DNA of 64,000 nt, taken from the NCBI GenBank assembly GCA_044892525.1, contig CM097885.1, positions 26,910,001 through 26,974,000 of the forward strand, in the 5' to 3' direction. The position numbers and the translations under genes are program-made. This stretch comes from Schmidtea polychroa. Its lineage: Eukaryota. The notes below the pieces were generated by a model, which made no database searches, had not been told where the DNA came from, and saw only the letters and a program-made list of their open reading frames with translations. Below, in pieces: positions 49,401 to 63,932 of the stretch (its first letter is position 1; every line of letters starts with the position of its first letter).

Positions 49401-52400
49401 AGATTGTAATTGGCCACTTTAGAGACTTTCTTCTTGTGCAATAAAACCTTATTAGTTGATCTAGAATGTCAGCCCCTGAGTTTCTGCTATTATAATAATT
49501 CACGACATCAGGTTTCATGGTTTTCTCAGTGGAAATTAATTTGTACAAAGGGGTTAGAATTGAATTTTCTTGATATCTTGGTGAAAAGTTAGTCAATATG
49601 TTGTGTAGCAATTCTTTAACGTTTTGTTTAAGTTCTATAGCAAGGGTGGGCACGCATGAGTTCAATGAGAGACATTTTCCGAAAATTTATTTTTTAAAGA
49701 GCCACCATAGTGAACTACATATTTTTTTTTATTTCATTAATTTGATTAAAAAAGACTTAAACGCTATTAAAAACAATTATTTCAAAATTTAAGTAACAAA
49801 CATAAAATATAATAAAAATAAGTAATAAAATTTCTTGAATTAACGAAGACTTTTGGTCAAATCTTTGAAATTTGGTGTATACTTTGTTAAAGCTGTTCGC
49901 AGCAATTCTGTAAGATGCTGATTGGTCAACTGTGAACGATATTTCGATTTCACGAACTTCATTGTGGAGTACAAAGATTCACAACAATATGTTGTACCAA
50001 AAATTGAAATTAGACGGCAAGCAGCTTGTTTTAAGTGTGGATATTTTGCCTCTGGTACGAGTTTCCAAAATTCAATTATAGAAGTAACTTTATGGTGCAT
50101 TTGCAAAGCCTGGTCCTCTTTCATATCTAATAACTCCAATTCCCCAACCGCTTTTTTAACAAGTATTACTTCAGAAATTGGAAATCCATCTTCAATAATA
50201 TCACAAATAAATGGGTTCACAAAAAATGCAAATGTAGATTTAAAACTTTTCAAATCTTCAAACCTACATTTGAAATCCGCTTGCAATTCTTCCAATTTTT
50301 CACTGTATTCGTTTACTTTTTCTTCTGTGATATCAATTTTATTAGCTTTTATTCGTGGAAAATGATTAAATATTTTCGACCTAAGATCGTTCACAAAAAG
50401 CCGAAGTTTAGCTTCAAAACTAAATAACGTTTGTGACAAATCAATAATTATCTTTTCTTTTCCTTGTAAAGCCAAATTTAATATTTGCAAATGTTCCATA
50501 ATGTCTGTAAGGAACATTAAGTCAGAAAGCCAAGTTTCATTTTCTAATTCTGGGTATGCTATTCCTTTTTCTTTGGTAAATATTATGATAGGATTTAGGA
50601 GTTCCACAAAACGGTCCAAAACATTGTAAGTTGACAGCCATCTAACAATACACCATAAGGAGACATCATTGGGCAATTCATCTGTTTCATCATTTAATCT
50701 TAATTCTTCTAAAAAGTTTTTAAATTGACGATGTGTTTTGGCATTTGTTCTAATTAAATTCACAATCTTCAAAACAATCTTCCACACATTTTCGTATTTA
50801 AAGTACTTCGCTATGAGATGCTCGCGATGAATTATGCATTGAAGAGATAAGAAATGAGGAATATTTGGATCTCTGTTTAAAAGACCAATGAGACCTTGAT
50901 TTTTCCCCATCATTGCAGGCGCTCCGTCTGTCGCAACACTTACAAGTTTATCACGCGCCAATTCAAACTTGTCCATCACTACATCAAGCGCAGTTTTGAC
51001 ATCGATACCGCGAGTTGTTTCTTTAAGAGCTACTAGGTCTAAAATTTCTTCCTTTACTTTTACGTCAGAAGATACAAAGCGGACAAAAACGGCTAATTGT
51101 GGAACATCCTGAATGTCAGTAGACTCGTCGAGAGCTAAACTGAATGCTGTACAATTTTTTAAATCACACATCAAATTATTTTCAACATTTTCGCTAATTT
51201 GGCCAATTCGACGCGCAGTTGTACGACGTGACATAGGAATACGTGAGATCAATTTATGTAGTTTTGAGTTATCCGGATCCAAAACTTTAATCACTTCTTC
51301 CAAGTTTCTCTTAATAAATTCACCTTCTCCATATGTACGTTTAGCACGAGCTATATTCCAAGCTATCAAAAAACTAGCTTCGTTGGCACTGTCATCTTCT
51401 CGACTAAAAGAAGACATTAGTCCTTGTTGGTTTTGAAGCCCTGATTGCAATGACTTAAGTTTTTCTGTTCGCAATTTTGAATTGAGTGGATATTGAATTG
51501 ATAAGTGTGGATGACTTACTTCATAGTGTCGACGTAAATTGGTTACTTTGTAGTTGGAAATTGTAACTTTACAAATAAGACACAACGATTTACCATTATT
51601 GTCAATAAAAAAAAACTTTTCTGTCCATTCTTCTTGAAAAGTTCTATTTTCTTGTTTGTATTTTCGTTTTTTGATGTTTTCTGAGGTCATTGTAATAATA
51701 AATTTGAATAACTTATATTACTGAAATTTAAACAAAATAATAAAAAGACATAAATTTAATTTTAATTAATTTAAAATTTTAAAATGCTTCATAAAAAATC
51801 TTCTTACCAAATTTTTCAAAAAACACGAATAGAAAACTATACTAAAATATACAAACGACCGCAATATTGTACAAACAAAAATACTAACTAATCAAAATTC
51901 ACTAAATTTCACTAAATTTATTTTCATTGCTTCTCTCTCGTTGTTATAACAAAGCGCCGCCTACTACAAAATAATTTTAAAAAGCAGTAAAATTTTCAAA
52001 TTCAATTATCAAAAATTCAATTATCAATGAGCCGCAGTTTACTCAACGAAGAGCCGCATTTGCCCACCGTTGTTCTATAGTTTTCACTGGATGTAGTTTA
52101 TCTTTAGATAGAATGGAATTTCTGTCAATTTCATGCAAACGATCAGATCATGAACCATCAGTATTATCTTCATCCGAGTGCATTGATTCAATGATTTCAT
52201 CAACAGCGGACTATGTGGATAATTCATCAGTTTCATCTTTACAGAAAGAAGCGGAATCATTTTGAATTTCATTGATAAGGAATTCAGCAGCATCTTGTGC
52301 ATTCACTATGTAGTCTTGAACAATGAAAGATATAATTATAGATCTATTCAATCCTTGCACAATATTAATTTTTTTATCAATAAAAAGTTTTAACGGAGTT

Positions 52401-53967
52401 TTAATTTGGTGGGTCCAATAGACCCGCGCGTGTTTAAGAGGTCATTTCTCGAAAAAGAAAATAAAAAATCAATATTCTGCGTTATAATAAATTCAAAATT
52501 TTATTTCTACAAATAAGGTATCCTAATATGCCATTGGATTAAAATTGATAAAAAAGGGTGTGAGTGAGTCCATCAGTTAATTATTCTCACATTGATAATT
52601 AACTTTTCCGGGGTTCTTTAGTTTCCAAATGATATTATTTCCATCAATTTTGACATTTCTTGTATTTCCGATTTCGATTCTTATTTAGACATACAGTTTT
52701 GATAATTAGCTCTTCTTTTTGTTCTTTTTCTAATTTGTACTAATTATTATTACTATTGACCTTGGTTTTCTTCGATTTTCTCCAAATTAATAAATTAATT
52801 TAATCTTCTCAAGCATTCGTGGGTTCATTTTATTAATTCATTTTTGAATCAACTAATAAATGTTTAACGTTTTATTTTTATTTTGTTATCATCCCTTCGT
52901 TATTTTAATTGACTTTGTTTTGTTTTTAAGATTATTAATTTTTAGAATTTTTAGTGCTTTTGAATTAATTAAATAACTAAATTTATATAAGCGTTTTATG
53001 TAAGAAAATTTAAAATAAAAAGTAATAATAAATAAAGGTAAATAGTGCAATTTTATAGAATGTAAAAGGATACAACTATCTTGAGTGTAGGGAATTGTTA
53101 CATTAGAACTGTTGAGATAACTGAAGAATGAAACTTCTAAAGTATAGCAAAGTGTTTTATCCTGAAGACATCCACCTAATGTTCTGGACAGTCAGATAAA
53201 ATCTTTGATTTTAAGCAAATTAACCTTCGCCCAGTTCCTGCTTTGATAGCATCTTTATTAAAATTGGTATTTGACAAACTGAAATCTTCAGCATTCTGCT
53301 GAAACAATTTCGGAAAAAGAGCTTGTCTTTCATGTCTTAACTCATCCTCATAGATATTCCCATACATAAATCCATTCATCATTGTTGAATGAGCATGGAT
53401 ATCAACATAAAAATCTATGTTTATATTCTGAATAGATATTTTTGATAAAAATATTAATTATTTTGAGTAATTAAAAACCGAATTTTTATCCATACTCATT
53501 AACAAATTTTTACATGACTGAATCGTTGGATGAGCCCATGGTGATGGATCCTGCCAATGTCGATTGAGATCAAATCCCATTAATGAACATCTTGAAATGA
53601 GAAGTTATTAAAACTTTTGAGGATGTCAAAATATTAAATGAAACAACAATTATTAAATTAAAATAATGAAGAGAAACAAAAATAATATGAGGAAGAACAT
53701 TATTATTAATATTTGAAAAGCAAAACAAAAAGAAAAAGCTGATTAATTAATAGAAAAATGGGAAGTCAGTACAAATTAATCAGTAGAAATTCTGAAAATA
53801 CAAAGCGACGTGTAAAAGAATTTGATATTTGATAATGAATCAATGACAGTGGGAAATGTTAAAACAATACATTTAATTATAATATGTATTGTACTCGTCA
53901 TACAATTCACATATAATTATGTTTATAACTTAGTAGACTTTTATCAATATCTATAATTACTAACAAC

Positions 53968-54012
<45 letters not shown>

Positions 54013-57000
54013 TTTGTACTTCCTATTTAGATGATGGATGCGGTTTTGAAGCTGTGCCAACAATTCGGGATAATCAATATTTGATAACAAGAAATAATCA
54101 GCCTTTAATAAAGATCCTTGATTAACACGAAATTGAGTTCATCCTGCAAATATGGCTTCAGGTTGAACTCATATAAATCCAGGGCAAAGATTTTTCCACA
54201 CATCGAAAACGTTTGACTTAAATTCGCGATCGTCACAATGAAGATAAAAAATTCTGTTTCACAACCTTATTTTAAGATGAAAATATTAACAATTATTTTT
54301 TCCGGTTTAATTGGTTCAGAATAATTCAGCTAAACTAAACCCAGCAATTTACAAAGTATATTTTCTTTTACAAATTATTCACATAATAACATCACAACAA
54401 ACAAATTCTTGTGTTTTCTAAACCTCTTTTTAACAAAGAATTCGATTAATTTTATAGGGATTTTTTGGCATTTTCACTTTTTAATTTTATATTTTATTTA
54501 CTGAACGAACATTTATAGAGAGAAAGAGAGGTAACCCAAAAGTTATATATTATTGCATTGAAGCTAGTAATACCTGTAATTTCCCAAATAAACTCCATCA
54601 GGATTAAGCATTGGAACAACTTTAAATACTGCTAAATCTCGCAGTATTTTTGCCATTGGCTGTTGACTTAGAATAAAATCCAAAAATCCTATTAAAGATG
54701 TCCATGAGAAAAAGTACAAAAATAATGATTGAAATTTTTTATAATAACAATAATTTAGGTAAAATAGAAAATGTAAAATTATCTCATTTAGACAAATGAT
54801 AATAACAAGATAATAATAGATAGTAAATAAATTTAGGAGTTGAAAAATTCCTTATATCACAGGTTTCATTTTGAATTATAAATATCGGTATAATACAACC
54901 TGTAAAATGTATATTAAAATTACAAATTATCCTTAGGGTTTACAATTATAGGAACTTGGCAGTTTTTATCGGGTATTACTTGAAAAATACAAATAAAAGA
55001 ATTAGTTTTTTATAATTGTTGGGTAAATCATAATATATAGTATAATCTGCATTGAGGAAATTCAAAAAAGGCCCATAATATCTCCATAAATCATTTTAAC
55101 TTTACAAGTCCAACATAAACAAGAATCTTCATCGCGAAACACTCATCAGAATTTATACGCAATGCATGAACATGTTACAGATTATGATACATTCCTCCCA
55201 ACGGGCTAAAGTTTAAGTTCTATTGTATTTAGTTCTTATACTCACATTTGTTTAATATTGCAACTTTAGATACTTAAATTTGAAAATCTCAACATCATAC
55301 TTGGTACACATTCTGTTTAGAATGCCCGTTTCTATATAGCTGTCAGAACTTCTATCACATGAAGTAAATCCTATGTTGGTATCACATTTCTGCGTAAATA
55401 CAAATAGATTCTAACCATAAGAAATTCAGTATATACAACCAGGAATTCACAATCAATGCTATTTAAATATAATTCTAACGGTTTCTTTTGATGGGTCACT
55501 TTAAAAGGGTCTCATTAAAAGGAAAATCCAAGTCAATCTCAAACAATCTCCGAAAATCACTAAACTGGACAAAATCCTCACACAGTTAGGCAAAATAAAC
55601 AGGTTAATCTATTACATTTCAATTCTATTAAATTTTTTCAAACTTATTTCATTTTCTTTTGCACCAGTTACAAAAATAGAAATTGACTCATCTATTTTGC
55701 AGAAATTAAATTTAATAAATTTTGTGCCGATTGTATTACACCAGATTTATTAATTTGTTCACTATTGATCTGTTTTTTCGCATTAAATTTTTTAATAAAC
55801 CTAATTCCGAAATTTAGTAACCTCTATAATACACGTTGGTGTACATGTCGTAGACAAATAGTAATTTTAGGAAAATAACATTTGGCTAGTCGTAGGCAAA
55901 TGGTAATTTTAGGAAAATAACATTTGGCTAGGCAAAATGCCAGCTTTAGCTATTATTTCATTTCCATAATTTGTCCCCTTAGGGGTACGGGTCACAAGGG
56001 TACACGTACATTCAACACCACACACAATGTAGCAATGGAAATGAAATAATAGCTAAAGCTATTTGACCAGGCAAATGGCATTTGCCTAGCCAAATGTTAT
56101 TTTCCTAAAATTACCATTTGCCTACGACATACACACCAATTGAGTTGACTCGGCATTTATGTGAAAATGAAGTTTATAACTTCATTTATTCATTTTTTAA
56201 AAATGATTTTCAGGTAAGTTTTTTAATTTTAAGTAACTTTTATCACTTGAATTTTGATTTTATATATTTATGAGATCATTATTCAAGTTCTTAAATATTA
56301 CTTTTAGTCAGCATTTATAATATAAAATATTGATAATTAAATTTCAACTGTTTTTTTAGGAATTTTATTAAATTAATTGGAATTATTTCGATTATAATGT
56401 AAGTCAGATATATTTTTAACTATAAATAAATAAAGTAATCACCGAAGATGTTAATTTTTTAATACAATTAGGAAAGAAGCGGCGTACATGGATGAAATAG
56501 TTTTTTAAATTTTTATAATCTTCTTTCTGCAACTCATTTTCTATAGCCTAAAATAGCCTAAAATAATTTATTAAAATGTACGATTTGCGAATTTCTTTCT
56601 GCAAATCCAAAGATGTCAAAGGACCTTCTTCAATATTTGAAATGCTACATTCACACAAAGACAGCGTTTGACAAGAAATATCTGTTAAACTGTAAAATAT
56701 TTTAATGTTTTGTAATTTAATGAATAATCTAAACGGTTATATTCTAAATTATTTTATAATTAAATTTTACCATGAAGTTTTGTCTTTTTCTCTGAAGCTC
56801 AAGGTAGAGCTGTATTAATCCATTCTTGAAATGATAATAATTGACATTTGTAAAATTTTCATTCGAATTTTGACAGTAATATTTAAAAAAGAGTTATTTT
56901 TCATTTTTTAGCTCGCACTTTTATATTTTTATAATAGATAACAATTCTTTTGAAAAATACACTCGATTTCACCTGTAATATTCTTTATTCTTTTTGCTCA

Positions 57001-58470
57001 TCTTTGACTAGTTTTCATTTTACTTTTAAAATTTCAATAATTTTCATTTCGGCTATAGATCAAATTCTGTGTAACATTCTATGTAACACAAATATTTCAT
57101 CCATATTTATAATGTAAATCATCGATTTCGTTAAAAAATATATTTCTATTCGTAGAAATATTAAATCTTTTTAAAAAGTATATAAAAATATGTAAAATTG
57201 TAAAACATGGTTGGTAAAATAAATAAATAAATAGTTCATCAATAATAATACCGCAACATTAAAATAAATTTTAATATACCATTTTTCGTTCATTTGAAAC
57301 ATTGTATTAATCAATTGAAACAATTTTTTATTTATTTGAAACAATATATTTTTTGATTGAAACATTGCAATTGATTTTAAAATAAGTTTGAAAGGTAAGA
57401 ATACATTAAACAAAGTCACAAATACCAATTTTATTGGTGAATTTTATTGGTAACATAGCGGCGCAATTTATAATATTGCGTAGAATATAACGAAAATAAA
57501 CCGGAACAGTCAAAAACTCTGTGGCCTCCTTTGTTGTACGTCCTTGCTCATAAACCAGTCTAATTAAGTTGTTTCTGTTATTGTTTTATAGCTGAATCTA
57601 TTTCTGTTCTTGTTGGCAGTGTGATTTATAGCATTCCTATCAGCTTTTGCCATCACATTAACTACATTTGTCCCCAATTGTGTTTCCTCGTGATCAAGTG
57701 TAATATTATCGTCTGGATTGTCTAACTCGCCGACAACTGTTTCATTTGCTTCGTCCATATGCAAGAGGTATGATATTTTTTAATTATATTGATTTTTAAA
57801 AATATTGAATATGTCGAGAAAATTAAGCTATAATTGCATAATAATCGTATTTGTACTTTGAGTCCCTCATAATTCATCAAATAAGGAAAGAATGTTTCAA
57901 TCAAAAAAAATGTTTCAATTGAACTAAAAATGTATATATTCACTTGAAAACGAAGTGCCGAAAATTCGTGAATATCAAAAACATCGATATATTTACTGAT
58001 TCATAGTCAAGCTTTTTTTAAAAAAATACAACGGAAAAGAATAACCTCAGTTGAAATTCAATTTTTCTAAAATATATAAAAAAATTAATAAAAAATAAAT
58101 CAATTTTCGCAAAAATTTTTTTTTCATTTAAACTATTTGTGTATGAAAATTATCGGAGTCGGAATCGATTAATTTTCACCCCTGGTCCGACTCGAGAAAG
58201 TTAAAATTCATCTAAAATTTGAATCTACAGCACTGGTTAAAATTTAAATAGAAAAATATGAATTTTATAAAGTAATTTTGAGGAATTAAAACTAACAGGT
58301 GGTAGCCAGTGAATTCAATTGACATCAAAAATTGACTCACCTTCACAAACGTACGAAGATGGAGTCTCTCCAGGATGTACACGAGCTGTTATGAAAATAA
58401 TTCTTTGATTTAAATTTGACTCCAAATTTTTTGGATTTGTAATAGTTAATAGCTCTAGCCTTCGTTGTTG
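45742..58470 (-). CDS. AGBL4: 3' exons of a cytosolic carboxypeptidase (M14; AGBL4/CCP6-like tubulin deglutamylase): 58470-58341, 54688-54574, 53590-53479, 53427-53225, 53183-53074, 46028-45742; 5' exons not found in the window
   Basis: Phase-consistent exons encode [65 protein letters not shown] and [14 protein letters not shown]. Confidence 0.9.
46502..47314 (+). mobile_element. Deleted piggyBac with C-terminal cysteine-rich domain remnant
   Basis: CCCTTTAACTA ... TAGTTAAAGGG|TTAA; QRRCEVC...[10 protein letters not shown]. Confidence 0.85.
47633..47895. repeat. Foldback palindrome / MITE, ~125-bp arms
   Basis: ATTACAAGTATTGAATT...GATCCGGATC...CAGTGGTA mirrored on the right. Confidence 0.85.
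49641..52072 (-). mobile_element. Full-length hAT transposon (SPIN/GTF2IRD2-like), 2,432 bp
   Basis: 8-bp TSD TTCTATAG; TIRs CAAGGGTGGGCA / TGCCCACCGTTG. Confidence 0.95.
49840..51690 (-). CDS. Intact hAT transposase, 616 aa
   Basis: BED-like CLIC...[43 protein letters not shown]. Confidence 0.95.
   Translation of the reverse strand: MTSENIKKRKYKQENRTFQEEWTEKFFFIDNNGKSLCLICKVTISNYKVTNLRRHYEVSHPHLSIQYPLNSKLRTEKLKSLQSGLQNQQGLMSSFSREDDSANEASFLIAWNIARAKRTYGEGEFIKRNLEEVIKVLDPDNSKLHKLISRIPMSRRTTARRIGQISENVENNLMCDLKNCTAFSLALDESTDIQDVPQLAVFVRFVSSDVKVKEEILDLVALKETTRGIDVKTALDVVMDKFELARDKLVSVATDGAPAMMGKNQGLIGLLNRDPNIPHFLSLQCIIHREHLIAKYFKYENVWKIVLKIVNLIRTNAKTHRQFKNFLEELRLNDETDELPNDVSLWCIVRWLSTYNVLDRFVELLNPIIIFTKEKGIAYPELENETWLSDLMFLTDIMEHLQILNLALQGKEKIIIDLSQTLFSFEAKLRLFVNDLRSKIFNHFPRIKANKIDITEEKVNEYSEKLEELQADFKCRFEDLKSFKSTFAFFVNPFICDIIEDGFPISEVILVKKAVGELELLDMKEDQALQMHHKVTSIIEFWKLVPEAKYPHLKQAACRLISIFGTTYCCESLYSTMKFVKSKYRSQLTNQHLTELLRTALTKYTPNFKDLTKSLR
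55836..56139. mobile_element. MITE with long TIRs and an internal ~42-bp duplication
   Basis: TTGGTGT..ATGTCGTAG.CAAAT.GTAATTTTAGGAAAATAACATTTGGCTAG mirrored at the right end. Confidence 0.8.
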
Positions 58471-58689
58471 CTGAATTTTACAAAAATGAATTTGTTTTAC
58501 TGAAAAGAATTCCTTTCAAGAAATAATTTTTAGATCAAAATGTAATACGAAAACTAATTTGCAATCGAACGAATTACTTTAAGAAAACCAGCTCATATAT
58601 TCATGCGCCAAAATAGTAAAATGGCGGCAACAATTTTAACACAACTTTGACTTCAAATGATAATAAATATAAATTAATAAAAACTACTA

Positions 58690-59672
58690 ACGGATAACTC
58701 CAAATAGTATGAGTCATATTATTTAACCCTTTAACCACTGAAATTGAAATACGAGGAACCGAAGTTCTCAACGAAACTGACCGTTACAAGCAAACTATGT
58801 GTTTGATCGTGTTGAAACCTACAAGTTATGGTCGGGAATTTTACAAACGAAAAACGGTCTTAGTTGTTAGCGCAAAAATTTTTCAATTTAAACTGAATGA
58901 TGATTTTATGATGACCGTCTGTAGACGGTTTTAGTGGTTAAAGGGTTAATAATATGACCAAAAAATAAAAATTCCTTACATGGTTAAGTAAATTAGTCAT
59001 ACTATTTGAATTTAAAGAAATATAAAAAACAATTGTATTTTTAATCATTCATCAGCTAGATCAAATACATCTGGTTCAAATTCGTACTCGTTCTGAGTTG
59101 GTGTTGAATCTTCAAATATCGAATTAATAAATTCGTTTCGGTATCTCTTACCATAAATATTATGTTTAGATATATCCCAATCCTTGAAATTCTCTGAAAA
59201 CCCAGTTTATTGAATAGAGCTTTTTTATGTTTGGATAGACATAGAGCTCCAAGCTTTACTAATCCAAAGATTCACAAGCCCTTGGCTGCGAGCCTTGGGA
59301 TTTCCACGTCTTGTGAATTCTATTTCCTCAGAGTTTTTCCAAATATTAATAAAACTGGAAATTCTGTCTTTAAATTCTTTAAAAATTCCAATATCTCCTG
59401 CTTGTACTATAGGGGGTTAATCCGCCAGGTATTACCACAAGTTTTATATTTCTTTTTCTGCAGTGCTCTTTTACACGTTCTGAAATATGAGCACGGCAAG
59501 AATCTCATACAATACATTTTCCTTGACTAGCATCAAACATTGGAAACATTAAATTTATCCATGCGACATTAAATCTTAAATATTAATCGTCATACTATTT
59601 ATTAGTATGACTTTTTATAAAAAAGAAATGATCATATTATTAGGAATACTCATATTATATGGAGTTATCCGT
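58690..59672. mobile_element. Unclassified TIR DNA transposon remnant containing a piggyBac-like MITE (58727-58945)
   Basis: TA|ACGGATAACTCCA ... TGGAGTTATCCGT|TA; inner TTAA|CCCTTTAACCACT ... AGTGGTTAAAGGG|TTAA. Confidence 0.75.
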
Positions 59673-59806
59673 TAATTAAACGTACAGTATTCTTTTATTT
59701 ATTTTTTCAGTATATTTTAGTTCAGTAAATATAATAATTTGTTTTGTAAAAAAATGAAAATATTTAAGTAAATAATTATAACATAACGCCAATCAAACAT
59801 TCTTTT

Positions 59807-59845
59807 CACGATTAATTTCGACAGTTTTCCTGTCATCATCAGGTG
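59807..59845 (-). ncRNA. Hammerhead ribozyme (inverted pLTR copy)
   Basis: Reverse complement of the motif at 60388-60426. Confidence 0.75.
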
Positions 59846-60387
59846 GGATATAATAACTCATTAAATTAAGGATTTTAAACAAATTTATTAATTATACATT
59901 ATTAATTATATATTAATCATACTTTGGAGAGACTTCCCGTCATCTCTGTATTCGAGCTCGAGAACATTGTAGACCGAAGGCTTTGACCCATATTGGTGAG
60001 CACAATAAGGGCTGTAAGATTAAAATAGGTATGTCTGATTTTAAAATTTTAATAAAAAATTTCGATAATTATTGGGAACGTGTGATTTGTGAGGCGTTGT
60101 TGATAAAATCATTGAATTCGAAAATTAATGTGCAGAATGCAGTAAATACTTGTGTTTTGAGTGTTTTTAAATAAGTTTTTTAATAGGTTTTTTATATTGT
60201 ATGTATTGATTGTTGTATTAAATTAAATAATTAATAAAAAAATTTTTTTTAAATTATTAAATTACATTTTAAATGTTAAAATTTAAAAAAAAATAATATA
60301 TTATTTTTTTTATAAAATAAAAAATTTTTTTTTATATATAATTAATAAATTTGTTTAAAATCCTTAATTTAATGAGTTATTATATCC

Positions 60388-60426
60388 CACCTGATGATGA
60401 CAGGAAAACTGTCGAAATTAATCGTG
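60388..60426 (+). ncRNA. Minimal type I hammerhead ribozyme
   Basis: CAC-CTGATGA-T-GACAG gaaaa CTGTC-GAAA-TTAAT-C-GTG. Confidence 0.78.
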
Positions 60427-60548
60427 AAAAGAATGTTTGATTGGCGTTATCTTATAATTAAATCATTGCCATGTATGTTTAACTATTTATTAAGTAAATA
60501 AATACATATTTTCAAGTAATAAAACATATTGTCAAATTTCAAAATATT

Positions 60549-61130
60549 TTAATCCTTCAAAAGTGCTTGTGTTACCTCTTTTGGTCTTCCTCTTTTACGT
60601 TGTTCTCCAATTGGAACATCTTTTGCAGCTGGTGGAGACTTACAGTATTTTAAAAGAATTGATATCCCGATATTGACATGTTTGCAAATAAAAAACTTTA
60701 AAAACAATGGACAGTTGCAGATACTGTCTCTCCATTTAGTTTTATTATTTGACATATTTACCATCCAAACAGTAAAAGTTCTTTTCTTGAATTGTTCAAA
60801 AGTGTTCCATGTCCTTGTATTTACTATTTCAATGTCTTGATTTGTGATGTTTGAATTGTCATCAGGCGGAATGTAAAAATGAATCGATTCTTCTTTTACA
60901 AATGATATAATATCTTTATCTGATTTAACCCAATATTTAAGTTGCAGAAAATAAATTTAAACAATTTTATTTTTTTCATTACTACAAATAGCCATACCAA
61001 ACGGATGAAAGTAACGATCCTAATCCGTCGTGCCAATAATCAGAATAGAAAGGCCTTGCCAAACAAGTTTGTAAGTATCGTTTGTGTGAATTTTAATTGA
61101 ATTCGTAGCAAATTTTAAGTCTTTTTGTTG
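60549..61130 (-). pseudogene. MULE-type transposase remnant with SWIM finger and AT-hook
   Basis: DTYKLVWQG...IIGTTD*DRYFHPFGMAIC; CNCPLFLKFFICKH; RKRGRPK. Confidence 0.75.
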
Positions 61131-62892
61131 AGATAAAAATAAAAAAACTAGACGTGTTTTCACGTTCATCAATATCTTCATCTTTTTAAGTATTTTTTTT
61201 ATTTAAGGTAAATTTTAAGACTTGAATTCTGATCCATATGAGATATGAGATCATTATTCAAGTTCTTAAATATTACTTTTAATCAACAGTATAATTATAA
61301 ATTATTTTTAATTAATTTTCAGGGATTTTTTTAGGAATTTTTTGACATTTATCTTTATTTATTTTGAAATTATTTCGAAAAAATGTGAGTCCGATATATT
61401 TTTAATTATAATTAATGAAATAAATAAATCAATCACCTAAAATATGTATTTTTTTTAAACATTTTGAGGAAAATCGATGATTGAAATAATTTTTTTTAAT
61501 TTTTTTTCTGAGCTCAATATGAGGGGCCTCTTTCAGGAAATCAAATCTGGATTGAAAAATATTGAACCAAATTCATCTGCTCTTGATATTTTCATTAAAA
61601 ATATAATTTTAAAAATTTTCAACGATCTTTTTTTTCTAAAAATTGTCTAAAATAAAGTTTATTATAGAAACGTATCTCATCGTTACATTTCTACGAATCA
61701 AAAGTTTGTATGTGTTTTTTAATATTTGTCGCGTTTGTATGCAGTTTTTAATTTTTCTTCCACTTTTCAGATTTCTATAATATAAGATGTATCTCACTGA
61801 GCTACAAATGAGAACATCAACGTGAAATCAAAGTAAGTATGTATGTTTCTATAATGTAAGATTATTGATTTTTTTGTTATATTATAGGAAACGGTTTTCA
61901 GTGGTATTTGGTGTATAGGCAATATCAGAGGTTAGTTCTCAAGCATTCACCAGATTCGCCATTACAACAAATACTTCATCTTACTTCTTAAATAATTACT
62001 CAAGTTTACAACTGCAAAGCACGACTGCTAAAAGACAAAAACAACGTTGTACTCGGATATCAGTCACCAGACCACACCCACAGCGGTAATTTCGCAACAT
62101 CACTATCCGAGACATGAAGAAAAAAATGACAGAAATTATAGCAACACCAAGTTCTTCTTCCGGTTCGGTAATGGTACAAGGTTATTTCGTATAAAAATTA
62201 TAACAAGACTGCTAGCAATATAGTTTCACAGTCCGTAACTTTTACACTAGCTTCCAGTAAATTTCTTTTCTTCTTATTCACCCGCCCTACACCATAATTA
62301 AACATTCAATGATTTCTACACCTACTACTGGTGATTTATTTCAACTAGATGATTTTTAATTAAATGTTTTTTGGTTGTTTTACTTTTTATTTTAATTTGT
62401 ATTTAATTTTGATGAATTGTTCTGAAATGAGTTTTTCTTTGATGAGAGCGTTTAACAATAATGATATGCTTTCTGAATACTATCGGCTTTGAATGTACAC
62501 CATAGTCCTCCAAAAAACATGATAAATTGTCACTGTAACTTGATTAGGTTTACGAATTCCCAATCCATTATCAATTACTGGTACAGTTATATATTTTTCC
62601 ATTTTCTTTTCCATATTATTCAAATATAAAATAAATAACTATTTATTTATATAAAGAAAATTTTAGGAAATATACTTTCAAAAAATAGGATTTAAAAATC
62701 AAAATTGACCCATTTATTGAAATATTTAAACCGCGTATATAAATGGTTATTGGAGGCTTTATTTTAAAATATTTCGAAATATTTTATTAGGCTTCTGGAA
62801 GCTAATTATAGAAGCTTTATAAAATTTAAAAATTTTAGTTTTTGTCATTTTGAGTTATAAATGATATTTATTTAATTTTAATTTTAATAAGT

Positions 62893-63932
<1,040 letters not shown>

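Larger units (their letters stand above)
49000..52441 (-). mobile_element. Decayed piggyBac transposase interrupted by the hAT element
   Basis: KPDVVNYYN...GADILDQL...[19 protein letters not shown]; acidic N-terminus at 52084-52330; boundaries approximate. Confidence 0.7.
59775..60458 (+). mobile_element. 5'-truncated Penelope-like element with inverted pLTR
   Basis: GIY-YIG remnant YFGETSRHLCIRAREH...RVICEALLIK...IN; ~120-bp inverted repeat at both ends. Confidence 0.88.

Noticed and set aside
55755..55777. 22-nt match (TTGTTCACTATTGATCTGTTTT) to the minus strand at ~17281-17302
   Set aside because: Too short to assign to an RNA gene or element; probably a fragment of a dispersed repeat.
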